From: an uncultured Chloroflexia bacterium
GTDB taxonomy: Bacteria; Chloroflexota; Limnocylindria; Limnocylindrales; CSP1-4
Reading direction: 5' to 3'
Length of the DNA stretch: 64,000 nt
Assembly: GCA_963833225.1 (NCBI GenBank)
Contig: CAWHXD010000019.1
Location: 480,001-544,000 of the forward strand
In this document: positions 1-8,838 of the stretch, piece after piece
Layout of the letters: the number at the start of each line of letters is the position of its first letter
How positions within the stretch are numbered: position 1 is the first letter of the stretch
Made by a program: the position numbers and the translations under genes
The notes under the pieces: model-generated
Told to the model about the DNA's origin: nothing
Databases searched by the model: none
The model's input: only the letters and a program-made list of their open reading frames with translations

Positions 1-311
1 AGACGTGGATCGACGTGGACGAGCCGCGCCGGCCCAGCAGATGGGTCACGCTTCGCGCGCTCAAGGTCCTGCGTGCGGCAGCGGGGGCGGGAGCGCCCCG
101 GCGCTCGCCCGCATCACCGACTAGGTCGGACCCCCAGGCTCAGGGGGAGGGGCGGGGTGACCCGCTTCGTCTGCCGGTTCAGGCTGTCCAGCCTGGCCGT
201 CCGGGTCACCCTCCGGGTCCGCGTCGGCCGTCGACGGCGGCTGCTCGGGACGAGGCGTGGCGATGCGATCGGCGAGCTCGTCCGCCAGCTCATGGTCGAC
301 GAGCACGGTGA
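1..311 (+). CDS. C-terminal end of a prenyltransferase/squalene-cyclase-like repeat protein (partial, runs in from window edge)
   Basis: TWIDVDEPRRPSRWVTLRALKVL resembles the C-terminal PSxWxTLRALxVL motif of that family; the low-complexity tail overlaps the convergent ClC gene, so the end is uncertain. Confidence 0.4.
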   Translation, partial: TWIDVDEPRRPSRWVTLRALKVLRAAAGAGAPRRSPASPTRSDPQAQGEGRGDPLRLPVQAVQPGRPGHPPGPRRPSTAAARDEAWRCDRRARPPAHGRRAR

Positions 312-2340
312 CGCGATCCCGGGCCTCCAGCACCGTGTGCTCCGTCAGGGCGAGGCTCCGGCCGTCACGGCGAACGAGGATCGGCAGCGAGAGCGCCGGC
401 CATGGAAGCGAGGTGAGCCGGTCGCCAACCGGTGGCTCGTCGGACGTGAAATCGAGGTCCACGATGCGGAACCTTCGGAGCCACGAAGGCGCCGGCGCCC
501 CTGCGGGGGGACCGTCGCTGGGTGCCGCGGGAGGGGCGCCGGAATGCGACGTTGAGCCCCCAGTGCTGTAGGCACGGAGCAGGTCGTGGTGCGTCACCCA
601 GCCGATCACCCGGTGATCATCTGCGGACAGGACCGGCAGGCCCGCCGCGCCGTGCGCCAGGAGTCGGTCGAGTGCCTGCTCGAGGGTCTCGCTGGCGTGG
701 ACGGCGGGCACGGACTGGGCCAGGTCGGCGGCGGTGGCGTCGAACGCGCTTGTCCGCATCTGCTCCTCGACCCCGTCGGAGGTCACGATCCCGCGGTAGG
801 TGCCGTCCTCGCCCACCACCGGGAGCGCCGCGACACCATCGACGACCAACCGGTCGACGATCTCGGTCAGGCTCGCCGCAGTCGTGACAGGCGGAGGGAC
901 GGGACGCATCGCCTCGCCCACCGTCAGCAGCGTCATCGGGCTGGCCGCCGGTCCCTGGAGCACGTCGATGCCCCGTCGGCGGAGCTTGAGGGTATAGATC
1001 GTGTCGCGGCTCAGCAGCGAGGACACGCCCGCGGCGACCGCGATGGCGGTCATCATCGGCAGGATGATCTGATAGTCCCCGGTCAGCTCGAACAGGATCA
1101 GCACGGCGGTGATCGGCGCGTGCGACGCGGCCGCGAACACCGCGCCCATGCCGACCAGGCCGTAGGCACCGGGATCCGCCACCTGCCCGGGCAGGATGGT
1201 GTTCGCGATCATCCCAAACGCCGTGCCCAGCATGCCGCCCAGGAACAGCGACGGCGCGAACACCCCGCCGGACCCCCCGATCCCGATCGTCAGGCTCGTG
1301 GCCAAGGCTTTCCCGACCAGCAATACGAGGAGGAGCTGGAGCGAGTAGTTGCCGCTGATCGCCTGCTCCAGCGGCGCGTACCCCACGCCATACAGCTGCG
1401 GCACCACGAGCAGCAGCAGCCCGAGCACCAGCCCACCCGCCACCGGGCGGAGCCATTCGCGTCGCGGCTCCCAGAGTCGGTCGAGCACGTCCTCCATCCC
1501 GTACAGCAGCCGGATGAACCCGAGTCCGACCAGCGCGGCGACGAGGCCGAGCACCGCATAGAGCGGGTACTCGCCGATGCCCTGGATGGTGAACGGTGGC
1601 AGGGGAAGGAACGAGGACGCGCCAAACGCGGCGCGGCTGACGACGTCGGCTGTCACCGACGCGAGGACCACGGCCCCGAACGACCGCACCTCGAAGTTGC
1701 GCAGGAGCAACTCCAGCGCGAAGAACACGCCGGCGATCGGGGCGTTGAACGTGGCCGAGATGCCACCGGCGGCGCCGCAGGCGACCAGGAGCCGGAGGTT
1801 CGATTCGCTGACCCGAAGCGCCTGGCCAAGGGCCGAGCCAAGGGCCGATCCGATCTGCACGATCGGTCCTTCCCGGCCGACCGATCCGCCGGACCCGAGG
1901 CAGATCGCCGATGCCAGCGACTTGACCACCGCCACCCGCGGCCGGATGCGGCCGCCATGCGCCGCAACGGCAAGCATCACCTCGGGGACGCCGTGCCCGC
2001 GCGCCTCGGGTGCGAACCGGGCGATGAGCGGTCCGAACAGCAGGCCGCCCAACGCCGGCACCAGCACGATGAACCAGATCCCGAGGGCGGGGAACGCCGG
2101 ATGGACCGGCCGATCGAGGGCGCCGTAGTCGGACTGTCCCGTGAACAGGAGCGTGAATTCGCCGATCAGCCAGCGGAACGCGATCGCGCCCAGCCCGGCC
2201 CCGAGACCCGTGATCAGGGCGAGGATGACGAGCCCCGTTGGCCCTCGCTGCAGCGCATCGCGAGCACGCCCCAGGCGTCCGGCGGGCGCCCGGAGCCAGC
2301 CTTGCCAGCCTGCCACGCGTGCGGGTCGCAGACCGGCCAT
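121..2340 (-). CDS. ClC-family chloride channel/antiporter with CBS pair and C-terminal TrkA-C-like domain
   Basis: GHGVPE, GSVGREGP and GGVFAP motifs, many TM helices, CBS repeats, ILVRRDG...LEARDRVTVL tail. Confidence 0.93.
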   Translation of the reverse strand: MAGLRPARVAGWQGWLRAPAGRLGRARDALQRGPTGLVILALITGLGAGLGAIAFRWLIGEFTLLFTGQSDYGALDRPVHPAFPALGIWFIVLVPALGGLLFGPLIARFAPEARGHGVPEVMLAVAAHGGRIRPRVAVVKSLASAICLGSGGSVGREGPIVQIGSALGSALGQALRVSESNLRLLVACGAAGGISATFNAPIAGVFFALELLLRNFEVRSFGAVVLASVTADVVSRAAFGASSFLPLPPFTIQGIGEYPLYAVLGLVAALVGLGFIRLLYGMEDVLDRLWEPRREWLRPVAGGLVLGLLLLVVPQLYGVGYAPLEQAISGNYSLQLLLVLLVGKALATSLTIGIGGSGGVFAPSLFLGGMLGTAFGMIANTILPGQVADPGAYGLVGMGAVFAAASHAPITAVLILFELTGDYQIILPMMTAIAVAAGVSSLLSRDTIYTLKLRRRGIDVLQGPAASPMTLLTVGEAMRPVPPPVTTAASLTEIVDRLVVDGVAALPVVGEDGTYRGIVTSDGVEEQMRTSAFDATAADLAQSVPAVHASETLEQALDRLLAHGAAGLPVLSADDHRVIGWVTHHDLLRAYSTGGSTSHSGAPPAAPSDGPPAGAPAPSWLRRFRIVDLDFTSDEPPVGDRLTSLPWPALSLPILVRRDGRSLALTEHTVLEARDRVTVLVDHELADELADRIATPRPEQPPSTADADPEGDPDGQAGQPEPADEAGHPAPPPEPGGPT

Positions 2341-2503
2341 CAGGCGGGTTGGTGGAGCAGCGCCGCGGTCGGGCGTCGCATCGGCCGAGCGTGGGGGATC
2401 GCGTGCCCGATGGCCCGATCCGTCAGATTGGCCGGCATCGCGCCCCGTCCGGGTCCATCCACGCCGATCCCCTCAGCTCCTGCAGCCGCCACTCCAAGCA
2501 CGC

Positions 2504-2528
2504 GGCAAGCATAGCGCAATTGCTTGCC
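2504..2528. promoter_or_regulatory. Inverted repeat (candidate operator) overlapping a TATGCT -10 upstream of ClC
   Basis: GGCAAGCA-N9-TGCTTGCC perfect 8-bp arms. Confidence 0.4.
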
Positions 2529-2593
2529 AGGTGGCTATCATCAGCCGAGGCGTGGCCCGGACCCCCCCGAGAGCGTCGGTCGGCGCGGCCAGC

Positions 2594-3124
2594 TCAAAGC
2601 GGCAGATCGGCCTGGTGGTCGAGCGCGCGCGCGAGGGCGGCCTCCTCCACGGGCGTCAGGCGGTCCTCGAGGATGGGGATGTACAGCTCCTCCTCGGACA
2701 GGTGCGCCTTCAGCAGCGCATGCAGACGCAGCAGGATTCGCCGCAGGATGAGCACCGACCCACGATCGACTTCGGACGGCAAGTTGTCGATGAACGATCC
2801 GAGGCTTGCCACCAGTCGGCGGATCTCACGGTGCTCGATGGCCATGGGCACCGTCGAGTTGTGCGTGGCGGCAAGCCGCTCGAGCGTCGGATAGACCGCC
2901 GCCTCGACCGTGTCCATGTGGGGAACCAGGTCCCTCGTGAGGCCGTCGTGCGCTTCGCGCAGCAGCGGCAGCTCCTCGACGAGCCCCACCGTGTCAAGGC
3001 AATCGGAGGCGAGGCGCTCCGCGAGGCTGTCGAGAAGGTCGACGTGGTGCCACAACAGGTGGTGGTGCTCGTGCGACACGGTGGCCAGGGGCTGCATGAT
3101 GCCCTCCTCCGGTTCGGCGTCCAT
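2594..3124 (-). CDS. Hemerythrin (HHE) domain protein
   Basis: HEHH...HMDTVE...YP...EHREI...HLSEEE.YIP pattern. Confidence 0.85.
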   Translation of the reverse strand: MDAEPEEGIMQPLATVSHEHHHLLWHHVDLLDSLAERLASDCLDTVGLVEELPLLREAHDGLTRDLVPHMDTVEAAVYPTLERLAATHNSTVPMAIEHREIRRLVASLGSFIDNLPSEVDRGSVLILRRILLRLHALLKAHLSEEELYIPILEDRLTPVEEAALARALDHQADLPL

Positions 3125-3163
3125 CGCGCCGCCGGGGAGCCCCGGCGGCGCCTGCCCCGTCCG

Positions 3164-3418
3164 TCACATCTGGCTGCCCTCCCGGGATCCTCGCAGATCC
3201 TCGAGGTCTCGCTCGATGTCGCGGACCATCCGGTTCAGGTCCCCGAGTCGCGCTTCGAGCTCCGCCGCGGCCATCCCGGAATCACCCCGCCGCGGCTCTC
3301 GACCGCGCCGCCCCATGAACCGGCCGGGGTCATCAGGCCAGTCCCCGTAGCCCCAGCCGCGGCCGTGGGACCAGCCGCCGCAGGGAGGGCAGTCGTGCCA
3401 GCCATGCGAGCAACTCAC
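3164..3418 (-). CDS. Small Cys/His/Gly-rich protein with C-terminal coiled coil (copy 1)
   Basis: MSCSHGWHDCPPC...ELEARLGDLNRMVRDIERDLEDL; AGGAGG RBS; paralog at 16018-16281. Confidence 0.75.
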   Translation of the reverse strand: MSCSHGWHDCPPCGGWSHGRGWGYGDWPDDPGRFMGRRGREPRRGDSGMAAAELEARLGDLNRMVRDIERDLEDLRGSREGSQM

Positions 3419-3419
3419 G

Positions 3420-3833
3420 TCAACCTCCTTGCCGATCGTCGGGAACCTCGAGCCCGTCGAGGAACGCCTCGACCAGTCGGCCCCGCTCGCGCATCACCGA
3501 GATCCATTCCCGCAGGGCCTGGCGGCCCTCTTCGGTCAGCCGGTATGTCCGGCGTGCCGGTCCGTCATCCGTGACCCACGCCGACTCCACGAGCCCGTAC
3601 CCCTCGAACTCCCGCAGCGTGCGGTAGGCCATCCCGACATCGACCCCGTCCGGCGCGAGACACAGCGCATCGAGCTTGGTGATCAGGGCCGCTCCATGCG
3701 CCTCGCCATCGGCCACCAGGCGCAGCAGGAACGGCTCGAGCCACCGTCCGCGCCGCCCTCCGGGCCGGACCCAGCCGCGATGGGCATCGTGGTGATGGTG
3801 GGGGTGTGCGTGATCCGCCTCGTTCGATCGCAT
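3420..3833 (-). CDS. PadR-family regulator with His-rich N-terminus (copy 1)
   Basis: LEPFLLRLV..GEAHG...YRTLREFE..GLV...GPARRTYRLTEEG. Confidence 0.9.
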   Translation of the reverse strand: MRSNEADHAHPHHHHDAHRGWVRPGGRRGRWLEPFLLRLVADGEAHGAALITKLDALCLAPDGVDVGMAYRTLREFEGYGLVESAWVTDDGPARRTYRLTEEGRQALREWISVMRERGRLVEAFLDGLEVPDDRQGG

Positions 3834-3863
3834 ATGCCAATAGCATCCTCATGCGGATGGCAT
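3834..3863. promoter_or_regulatory. Two tandem ATGC-N5-GCAT palindromes abutting the PadR start
   Basis: ATGCcaataGCAT 3834-3846 and ATGCggatgGCAT 3851-3863; same motif precedes the second PadR. Confidence 0.6.
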
Positions 3864-4099
3864 TCTCAAGTGCCCCATCGCCCGTTGGAGATGACCTCAC
3901 GGCCCGGTGGTCCATCGCGAGTCCGCCCAGCGTCCGCCCGATCTGCGCGCGGGATCCACGAAAGGCCCACCCACGACGTGACATACGGCCGGTTGACAGA
4001 TGGGCCTCCCGGACGCCCACTTGCGGTTAGCGAGGGAGCACCCGTGCTTCAGGGCGTCCGCTCCTTGCGGGCTCACCAACTTCATGGAAGGGGACATCC

Positions 4100-5734
4100 A
4101 TGCGCAACGCCTCGTCCGCGGTCGGACGACGTCATCTGGTGCGCGCCGGCCTGAGCGGCGGCGTGTCGCTCATCCTGCTCGCGTCGCTGATCGGCCCGGC
4201 AGCCGTGCTGGCGGCCGTCGGCAGTCCGCCGACGCCGCAGAACGATGTCATCACGATGGATGAGAATGGGACGCCCGCCACCGGCAACGTCCTTGCCAAC
4301 GACACCGATCCCGATCTCGATCCGCTGACGGTCTCGTCATACGTCGGGGTGACCCCGACGTACGGCACGCTCACGGTCGAGACGAACGGCGACTACACCT
4401 TCACTCCCGCGGTCAACTGGCACGGCGACGCGACGGCCTGGTACTACGTGACCGACGGGGTCTACAACGTGCTCGCCTACATCACGATCCACGTGTACTG
4501 GGTCAACGCCGCTCCCGTGGCCGTCGATGACGAGATCGCCGCGACCGAGGACACGCCCGACACCTTCGCCGCCTCGACCCTGGCTGCCAACGACACCGAT
4601 ATCGATGGCGACACCCTCACCGTCACCGGCGTCGCGGATCCGGTCCACGGCGACGTCGAGCTCGCGGCCGGGAGCATCACCTTCACGCCCGACGCCGAAT
4701 TCTGCGGCACAGCCGGTTTTGACTACACCGTGTCCGACGGCGACCTCACGGATACCGGCACGGTGACCGTCGACGTCGAGTGCGTCAACGACGCCCCCGT
4801 GGCCGTTGATGACGCGAGCACGGCCGGTCAGGGTGGCGCGGACGTCGCGATCGACGTCCTCGCCAATGACACGGACATCGATGGCGACACGCTCGAGGTC
4901 AGCGATGCGGGGCCGGTCAGCCCGACTGGCGCCGGCACCGTCGCGGTTGGCGCGGGCGGTGGCGATGTCGTCTACACGCCATCGGTCAGCTTCACCGGCG
5001 ACGCAACCTTCGAGTACACCGTCACGGACGGGGAGCTCACCGACACGGCCCTCGTGACCGTCACGGTCAGTCCCGATGACACCGCCCCGGTGATGACTGA
5101 CCTCGCCACTGCCGTCGGCGGCGGTCGGGTCAATCAGACGGCCCCCGTCCGCATCAGCTGGGCCGGGACCGATGACGCCACCGGGATCGCCTCCTACCAG
5201 GTGCAGGCCAGCGTGTCTGGCGGCGCCTGGAGCACGATCTATACCGGGACTGCGACCTCCGTGAGGCAGTACTTCGCGTTCCGCAAGGACCTGGCATTCC
5301 AGGTTCGCGCGACCGACGTGGCCGGCAATGTCGGCGACTGGATCACGCTGAGCTCCAAGGTCCTGGCCTACCAGGAATCCTCCGCGTCAGTGAGGTTCAA
5401 CCCGAGGGGCTGGAGCCGGTGGGCCAGCCACAAGCACTCGGGCGCCGCCGCGATGTACACGACGACCAGGGGCAAGTCCGCCACGCTCACGTTCACCGGG
5501 TATGCGGTGGCCTTCGTGGCTCCGAAGACGGCCAACAGCGGTCACCTCAAGATCTACCTCGACGGCACGTACGCTGGTCGCTTCGACCTCAGCGCCTCGA
5601 GGACCAGGTACGGGAAGATCATCTTCCGCACCACGCTGGCCGACGGCCCTCACACGATCAAGATCGTCAGCAAGTCGTCCAAGCGGATCTCCGTGGACGC
5701 GTTCATCGTCCTTCAGAGCCGGTCGACGAAGTAG
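4100..5734 (+). CDS. Secreted Ig-like/cadherin-like tandem repeat protein with FN3-like and C-terminal beta-sandwich domain
   Basis: Signal peptide; three repeats (N)xAPVAVDD...LANDTDxDGDxL...FxYTVxDG; FQVRATDVAGN. Confidence 0.85.
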   Translation: MRNASSAVGRRHLVRAGLSGGVSLILLASLIGPAAVLAAVGSPPTPQNDVITMDENGTPATGNVLANDTDPDLDPLTVSSYVGVTPTYGTLTVETNGDYTFTPAVNWHGDATAWYYVTDGVYNVLAYITIHVYWVNAAPVAVDDEIAATEDTPDTFAASTLAANDTDIDGDTLTVTGVADPVHGDVELAAGSITFTPDAEFCGTAGFDYTVSDGDLTDTGTVTVDVECVNDAPVAVDDASTAGQGGADVAIDVLANDTDIDGDTLEVSDAGPVSPTGAGTVAVGAGGGDVVYTPSVSFTGDATFEYTVTDGELTDTALVTVTVSPDDTAPVMTDLATAVGGGRVNQTAPVRISWAGTDDATGIASYQVQASVSGGAWSTIYTGTATSVRQYFAFRKDLAFQVRATDVAGNVGDWITLSSKVLAYQESSASVRFNPRGWSRWASHKHSGAAAMYTTTRGKSATLTFTGYAVAFVAPKTANSGHLKIYLDGTYAGRFDLSASRTRYGKIIFRTTLADGPHTIKIVSKSSKRISVDAFIVLQSRSTK

Positions 5735-5781
5735 CCGGCAGCGAATGGTGAGCCGGCCCCGCCGGCTCGCGACGCAAGTCC

Positions 5782-5820
5782 GATCACCCGGCCCCCTTGT
5801 CCCCAGGGGACCGGGTGATC
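5782..5820 (+). terminator. Strong hairpin after the Ig-like gene
   Basis: GATCACCCGGcCCCCT...AGGGGaCCGGGTGATC; no U-tract. Confidence 0.55.
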
Positions 5821-5883
5821 TGCGTTCCCGGCATCGACGGCTCAGCCCGCCCGCGCCCGGAAACGCGCATCATCGGTGAGGTG

Positions 5884-6900
5884 ATGTCGTCGATCGACCC
5901 CAGGCCCGAGTCTCCCGGACGGACATTGCCGGCGCCGTCCCACCGCGGGGAGCTGTTCGCCGCCCTGGCCGCCATGGGCTTCGGGTCTGCCTATGTCGCC
6001 ACGTCGTTCGCGCTGCTTGCCTTCGAGCCGGTGCCGGCCGCAGCGTGGCGGAGCTTCCTGGCCGCGATCGCCGTCGGGATCCTGGTGGTCGTGCGTGGGA
6101 GTCGCCGCCGGCGCGCCGCCGGGGTGCCGCCCACGTCCGTCGAGGGCAGGGCGCCCGCCGTGACGATGACGGCGGTCCACCCCGGCGCCGCTCACCGCGC
6201 GGTCCGGATGCTGGTGCTTGCGACCTTTGCCGGACCGCTGTTCCTGGCATCGATGAACCTTGCGGTCGCCCACGTCGGAGCTGCGATCGCCGCCTTTGTC
6301 GCGGGGCTCTACGCCGTCCTGTCGGCGGTCATCGCGCCCGTCCTGCTGCCGGAGAGGCTGACGATGCGGGTGCTGGCCGGCTTCGTGCTGGCCCTGATCG
6401 GCACCGCCCTCCTCGCTGAGCTGGACCCCAACGGGACCGACATCGCGGGGATCGGCTGGGGCGTCCTCGCCGCGTCGTCGTTCGCGCTGTACCTGGTGCT
6501 CGCGCGTCGATGGTCGAGGCCGTTCCGCCTCGAGGGTGTCATGGTCGCGCTCTCCACCGGGGTTCTGAGCGCCGTTGTGCTTGGCGGGTTCGTGCTCATG
6601 ACCAATGCCGGGTCGCTCCTGCCACCCCGCCCGCCCGCCGAGGCGATCGTGGCCCTCGGCTGGATGGCGGCAGTGGCCGCGCTGGGCCCGGTCCTGACGG
6701 TCGCAAGCGTCCGGCGCATCCCGGCGGCGCGCTCGGCCGCCTTCCTGCTGCTCAACCCGATCACGGCGACCGTTCTTGCCGTGATCCTGCTCGGCGAACG
6801 GCTCTCACCGCTGCAGCTCGGGGGTGGCGCGCTGGTGCTGCTCGGGATGGCCGCCGCCACGGTCCCGCGCCCGGTGCGCAGGAATCGAATGGCGGGGTAG
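5884..6900 (+). CDS. EamA/DMT-family transporter
   Basis: About 10 TM helices; two halves ending LLPERLT and LLGERLS. Confidence 0.88.
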   Translation: MSSIDPRPESPGRTLPAPSHRGELFAALAAMGFGSAYVATSFALLAFEPVPAAAWRSFLAAIAVGILVVVRGSRRRRAAGVPPTSVEGRAPAVTMTAVHPGAAHRAVRMLVLATFAGPLFLASMNLAVAHVGAAIAAFVAGLYAVLSAVIAPVLLPERLTMRVLAGFVLALIGTALLAELDPNGTDIAGIGWGVLAASSFALYLVLARRWSRPFRLEGVMVALSTGVLSAVVLGGFVLMTNAGSLLPPRPPAEAIVALGWMAAVAALGPVLTVASVRRIPAARSAAFLLLNPITATVLAVILLGERLSPLQLGGGALVLLGMAAATVPRPVRRNRMAG

Positions 6901-6927
6901 GCGCCCGCCGTTCCCGCCAGCGTCGTT

Positions 6928-7797
6928 TCAGCCGGCCCGCGTGTCGATGAACCGCAGCCAGTTGCGCAGCTCGAGCTCCCGGACCTCGGGGTCGATGATG
7001 TCGTCGCCCACGTTGAGCTCCGCACGCAGCTCCGCCGAACCCGGGTTGGCGGCGAGCTCCTTCATCCTGGCCGCGTAGGTCGCCACGGCGGCTTCATCGG
7101 GGAAGTGCCCCTCCCGCACCAGCGCCTTCGCCCTCGCCGCGATCAGGCGTCCCATCTCGAACAGGTTGTACTCGGGATGGTATTGGGTGCTCCAGAACGA
7201 GGCCGCCCCGTCCTCGATGACGGCGGCCTGGATCCGGGTGTGGGCGTTGGTTGCGAGCGAGGGGGTGCCTGCGGGCAGGCGGGTGACCTCGTCGAGATGC
7301 ATGATGAAGGCATCGAACACCGCCGGCCTTCCCGCCAGCATCGGCGAGGCGCGCCCGGCATCGGTCAGCCGGATGTCGCGCGCCAGCCCCCACTCGCGCC
7401 CGCGCGGGTTCGCGGCCACCTCGCCGCCGGCCACCACGGACGCAAGCTGGAGACCCCAGCAGCTGCCCCAGCAGGCGGCTCCCGCCTGCATCAGCGCGCG
7501 CGCGAAGTTGATCTGCGCGGCAACTCGCGGGTCGTCCGCGTGATAGACGGTGAGGTCCGACCCCGTCCAGATGAACCCGTCGAAGTCGTCGATGGACGTG
7601 CCGGGTGGGAGCGCGAAGTCCGGGTCGGCGACGTAGACGATCTCGGTGGTGGCGTTGGGGGCTTCCCTCCGGAGGAAGGCGTTGAACAGGTCGTGCGGGT
7701 GACCGACGTCGGACTGGTCGAATCGCTCGCGGCTGGCCGCCGGATAGCCGTTCACGATGCAGAACCGGTGAGGCGCTGTGGTGGTGGGTGATGTCAT
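6928..7797 (-). CDS. Type 1 glutamine amidotransferase (GMP-synthase-like)
   Basis: IWTGS, nucleophile WGSCWGLQ, QYHPE; ATGA overlap with the upstream gene. Confidence 0.85.
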   Translation of the reverse strand: MTSPTTTAPHRFCIVNGYPAASRERFDQSDVGHPHDLFNAFLRREAPNATTEIVYVADPDFALPPGTSIDDFDGFIWTGSDLTVYHADDPRVAAQINFARALMQAGAACWGSCWGLQLASVVAGGEVAANPRGREWGLARDIRLTDAGRASPMLAGRPAVFDAFIMHLDEVTRLPAGTPSLATNAHTRIQAAVIEDGAASFWSTQYHPEYNLFEMGRLIAARAKALVREGHFPDEAAVATYAARMKELAANPGSAELRAELNVGDDIIDPEVRELELRNWLRFIDTRAG

Positions 7798-8591
7798 GTT
7801 CGTGCGACTCGCTGTGGAAAATCCGTGATGAGCCCGGTGATGCCGATCTCGATCAGCTGCGAGATGGCGTCGGGATCGTTGACAGGGTAGGGGTTGAGCC
7901 TGATCCCGCGGGCAAGCTGCTCCTCGATCTGCCCGATCGAGATCCGCGTGATCCGGGGATTGAACGTGTCGAAGAACGGGTCGCTGAAGTCGATCTGGTC
8001 GTCCGGGAACAGGCCAAGGACGGCCTGGACCTCGAAGTCGGGCCTGCGCTGCTTCAGCACCTTGAGCCATGCGTGTCGGGCCGATGAGAACAGGAGGCGA
8101 TCGGGCCCGATCCCCACCTCGTCGACCAGTGCGAGGACGGCGCCGACCACGTCGAACCGGTCCTTGGGTTCGGGCTGAGCCTTGAGCTCGAGGTTGAGGA
8201 ACCAGTCCAGCTCGAGCGTCAGCTCGAACGCTTCGCGAACCGTCGGGACCTTCTCGCCGACATTGGCATCCAGCTCGCTGCGCCCGATGGCGCCGGCCGC
8301 CACCTGCTCGAACGGGTCGTCCCGCTCGAACCAGGACCCGGCGTCGAGGGACCGGATCTCCGCCAGGGTGTAGGTCGAGAACGGCGCCGGAACGCGGTCC
8401 GGGAACTTGTCGGCGACGTCGGTCGTGCGCATCATCGCGTCGTCGTGCATCAGCACGAGCTGGTCGTCGGCCGTGACCGCGACGTCGGTCTCCCACCGGT
8501 CGGCGCCGACCGCATGCGCCTTGCGGGCAGCCGCCAGCGTGTTCTCCGGCGCGAGACTCCGGGCGCCACGGTGGGCGATGTTGGTGACCAT
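7794..8591 (-). CDS. Glycerophosphodiester phosphodiesterase
   Basis: IAHRGA..APENT, ETDV, HD, NLELK, GLITDFP. Confidence 0.92.
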   Translation of the reverse strand: MVTNIAHRGARSLAPENTLAAARKAHAVGADRWETDVAVTADDQLVLMHDDAMMRTTDVADKFPDRVPAPFSTYTLAEIRSLDAGSWFERDDPFEQVAAGAIGRSELDANVGEKVPTVREAFELTLELDWFLNLELKAQPEPKDRFDVVGAVLALVDEVGIGPDRLLFSSARHAWLKVLKQRRPDFEVQAVLGLFPDDQIDFSDPFFDTFNPRITRISIGQIEEQLARGIRLNPYPVNDPDAISQLIEIGITGLITDFPQRVART

Positions 8592-8838
8592 TCGGCTGTA
8601 TCGGCGTCTCCGACCCGGAGATGAGGCCATGGGCAACGAGTCCGGATCAAGAGTAGGGGATCAGGAGCGCCGGCGACCGGAGCTCGACCACGATCACCTC
8701 CGAGGCCAGCGCGGATCTCACCCGTCCGTTCAGCGGCGGGCCGAGCTGAGAGGTGGACGAGCGTGCAACGATCAATCGAACGTCGCGTCGCGGTCGAGGT
8801 CCGTCCGCGCGTGCGCCGTCGATCGGGAGGCGATGCCC

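Noticed and set aside
586-2514. Long ORFs antisense to real genes (e.g. 586-2514, 29958-33326, 52733-54808, 18024-19532)
   Set aside because: Shadow ORFs expected in very GC-rich DNA; Arg/Gly-rich with no motifs and opposite well-supported genes.
4260-5070. Repeated GCCAACGACACCGAT-like sequences as a possible CRISPR or DNA repeat array
   Set aside because: They are in-frame Ig/cadherin-like protein repeats about 280-290 nt apart.
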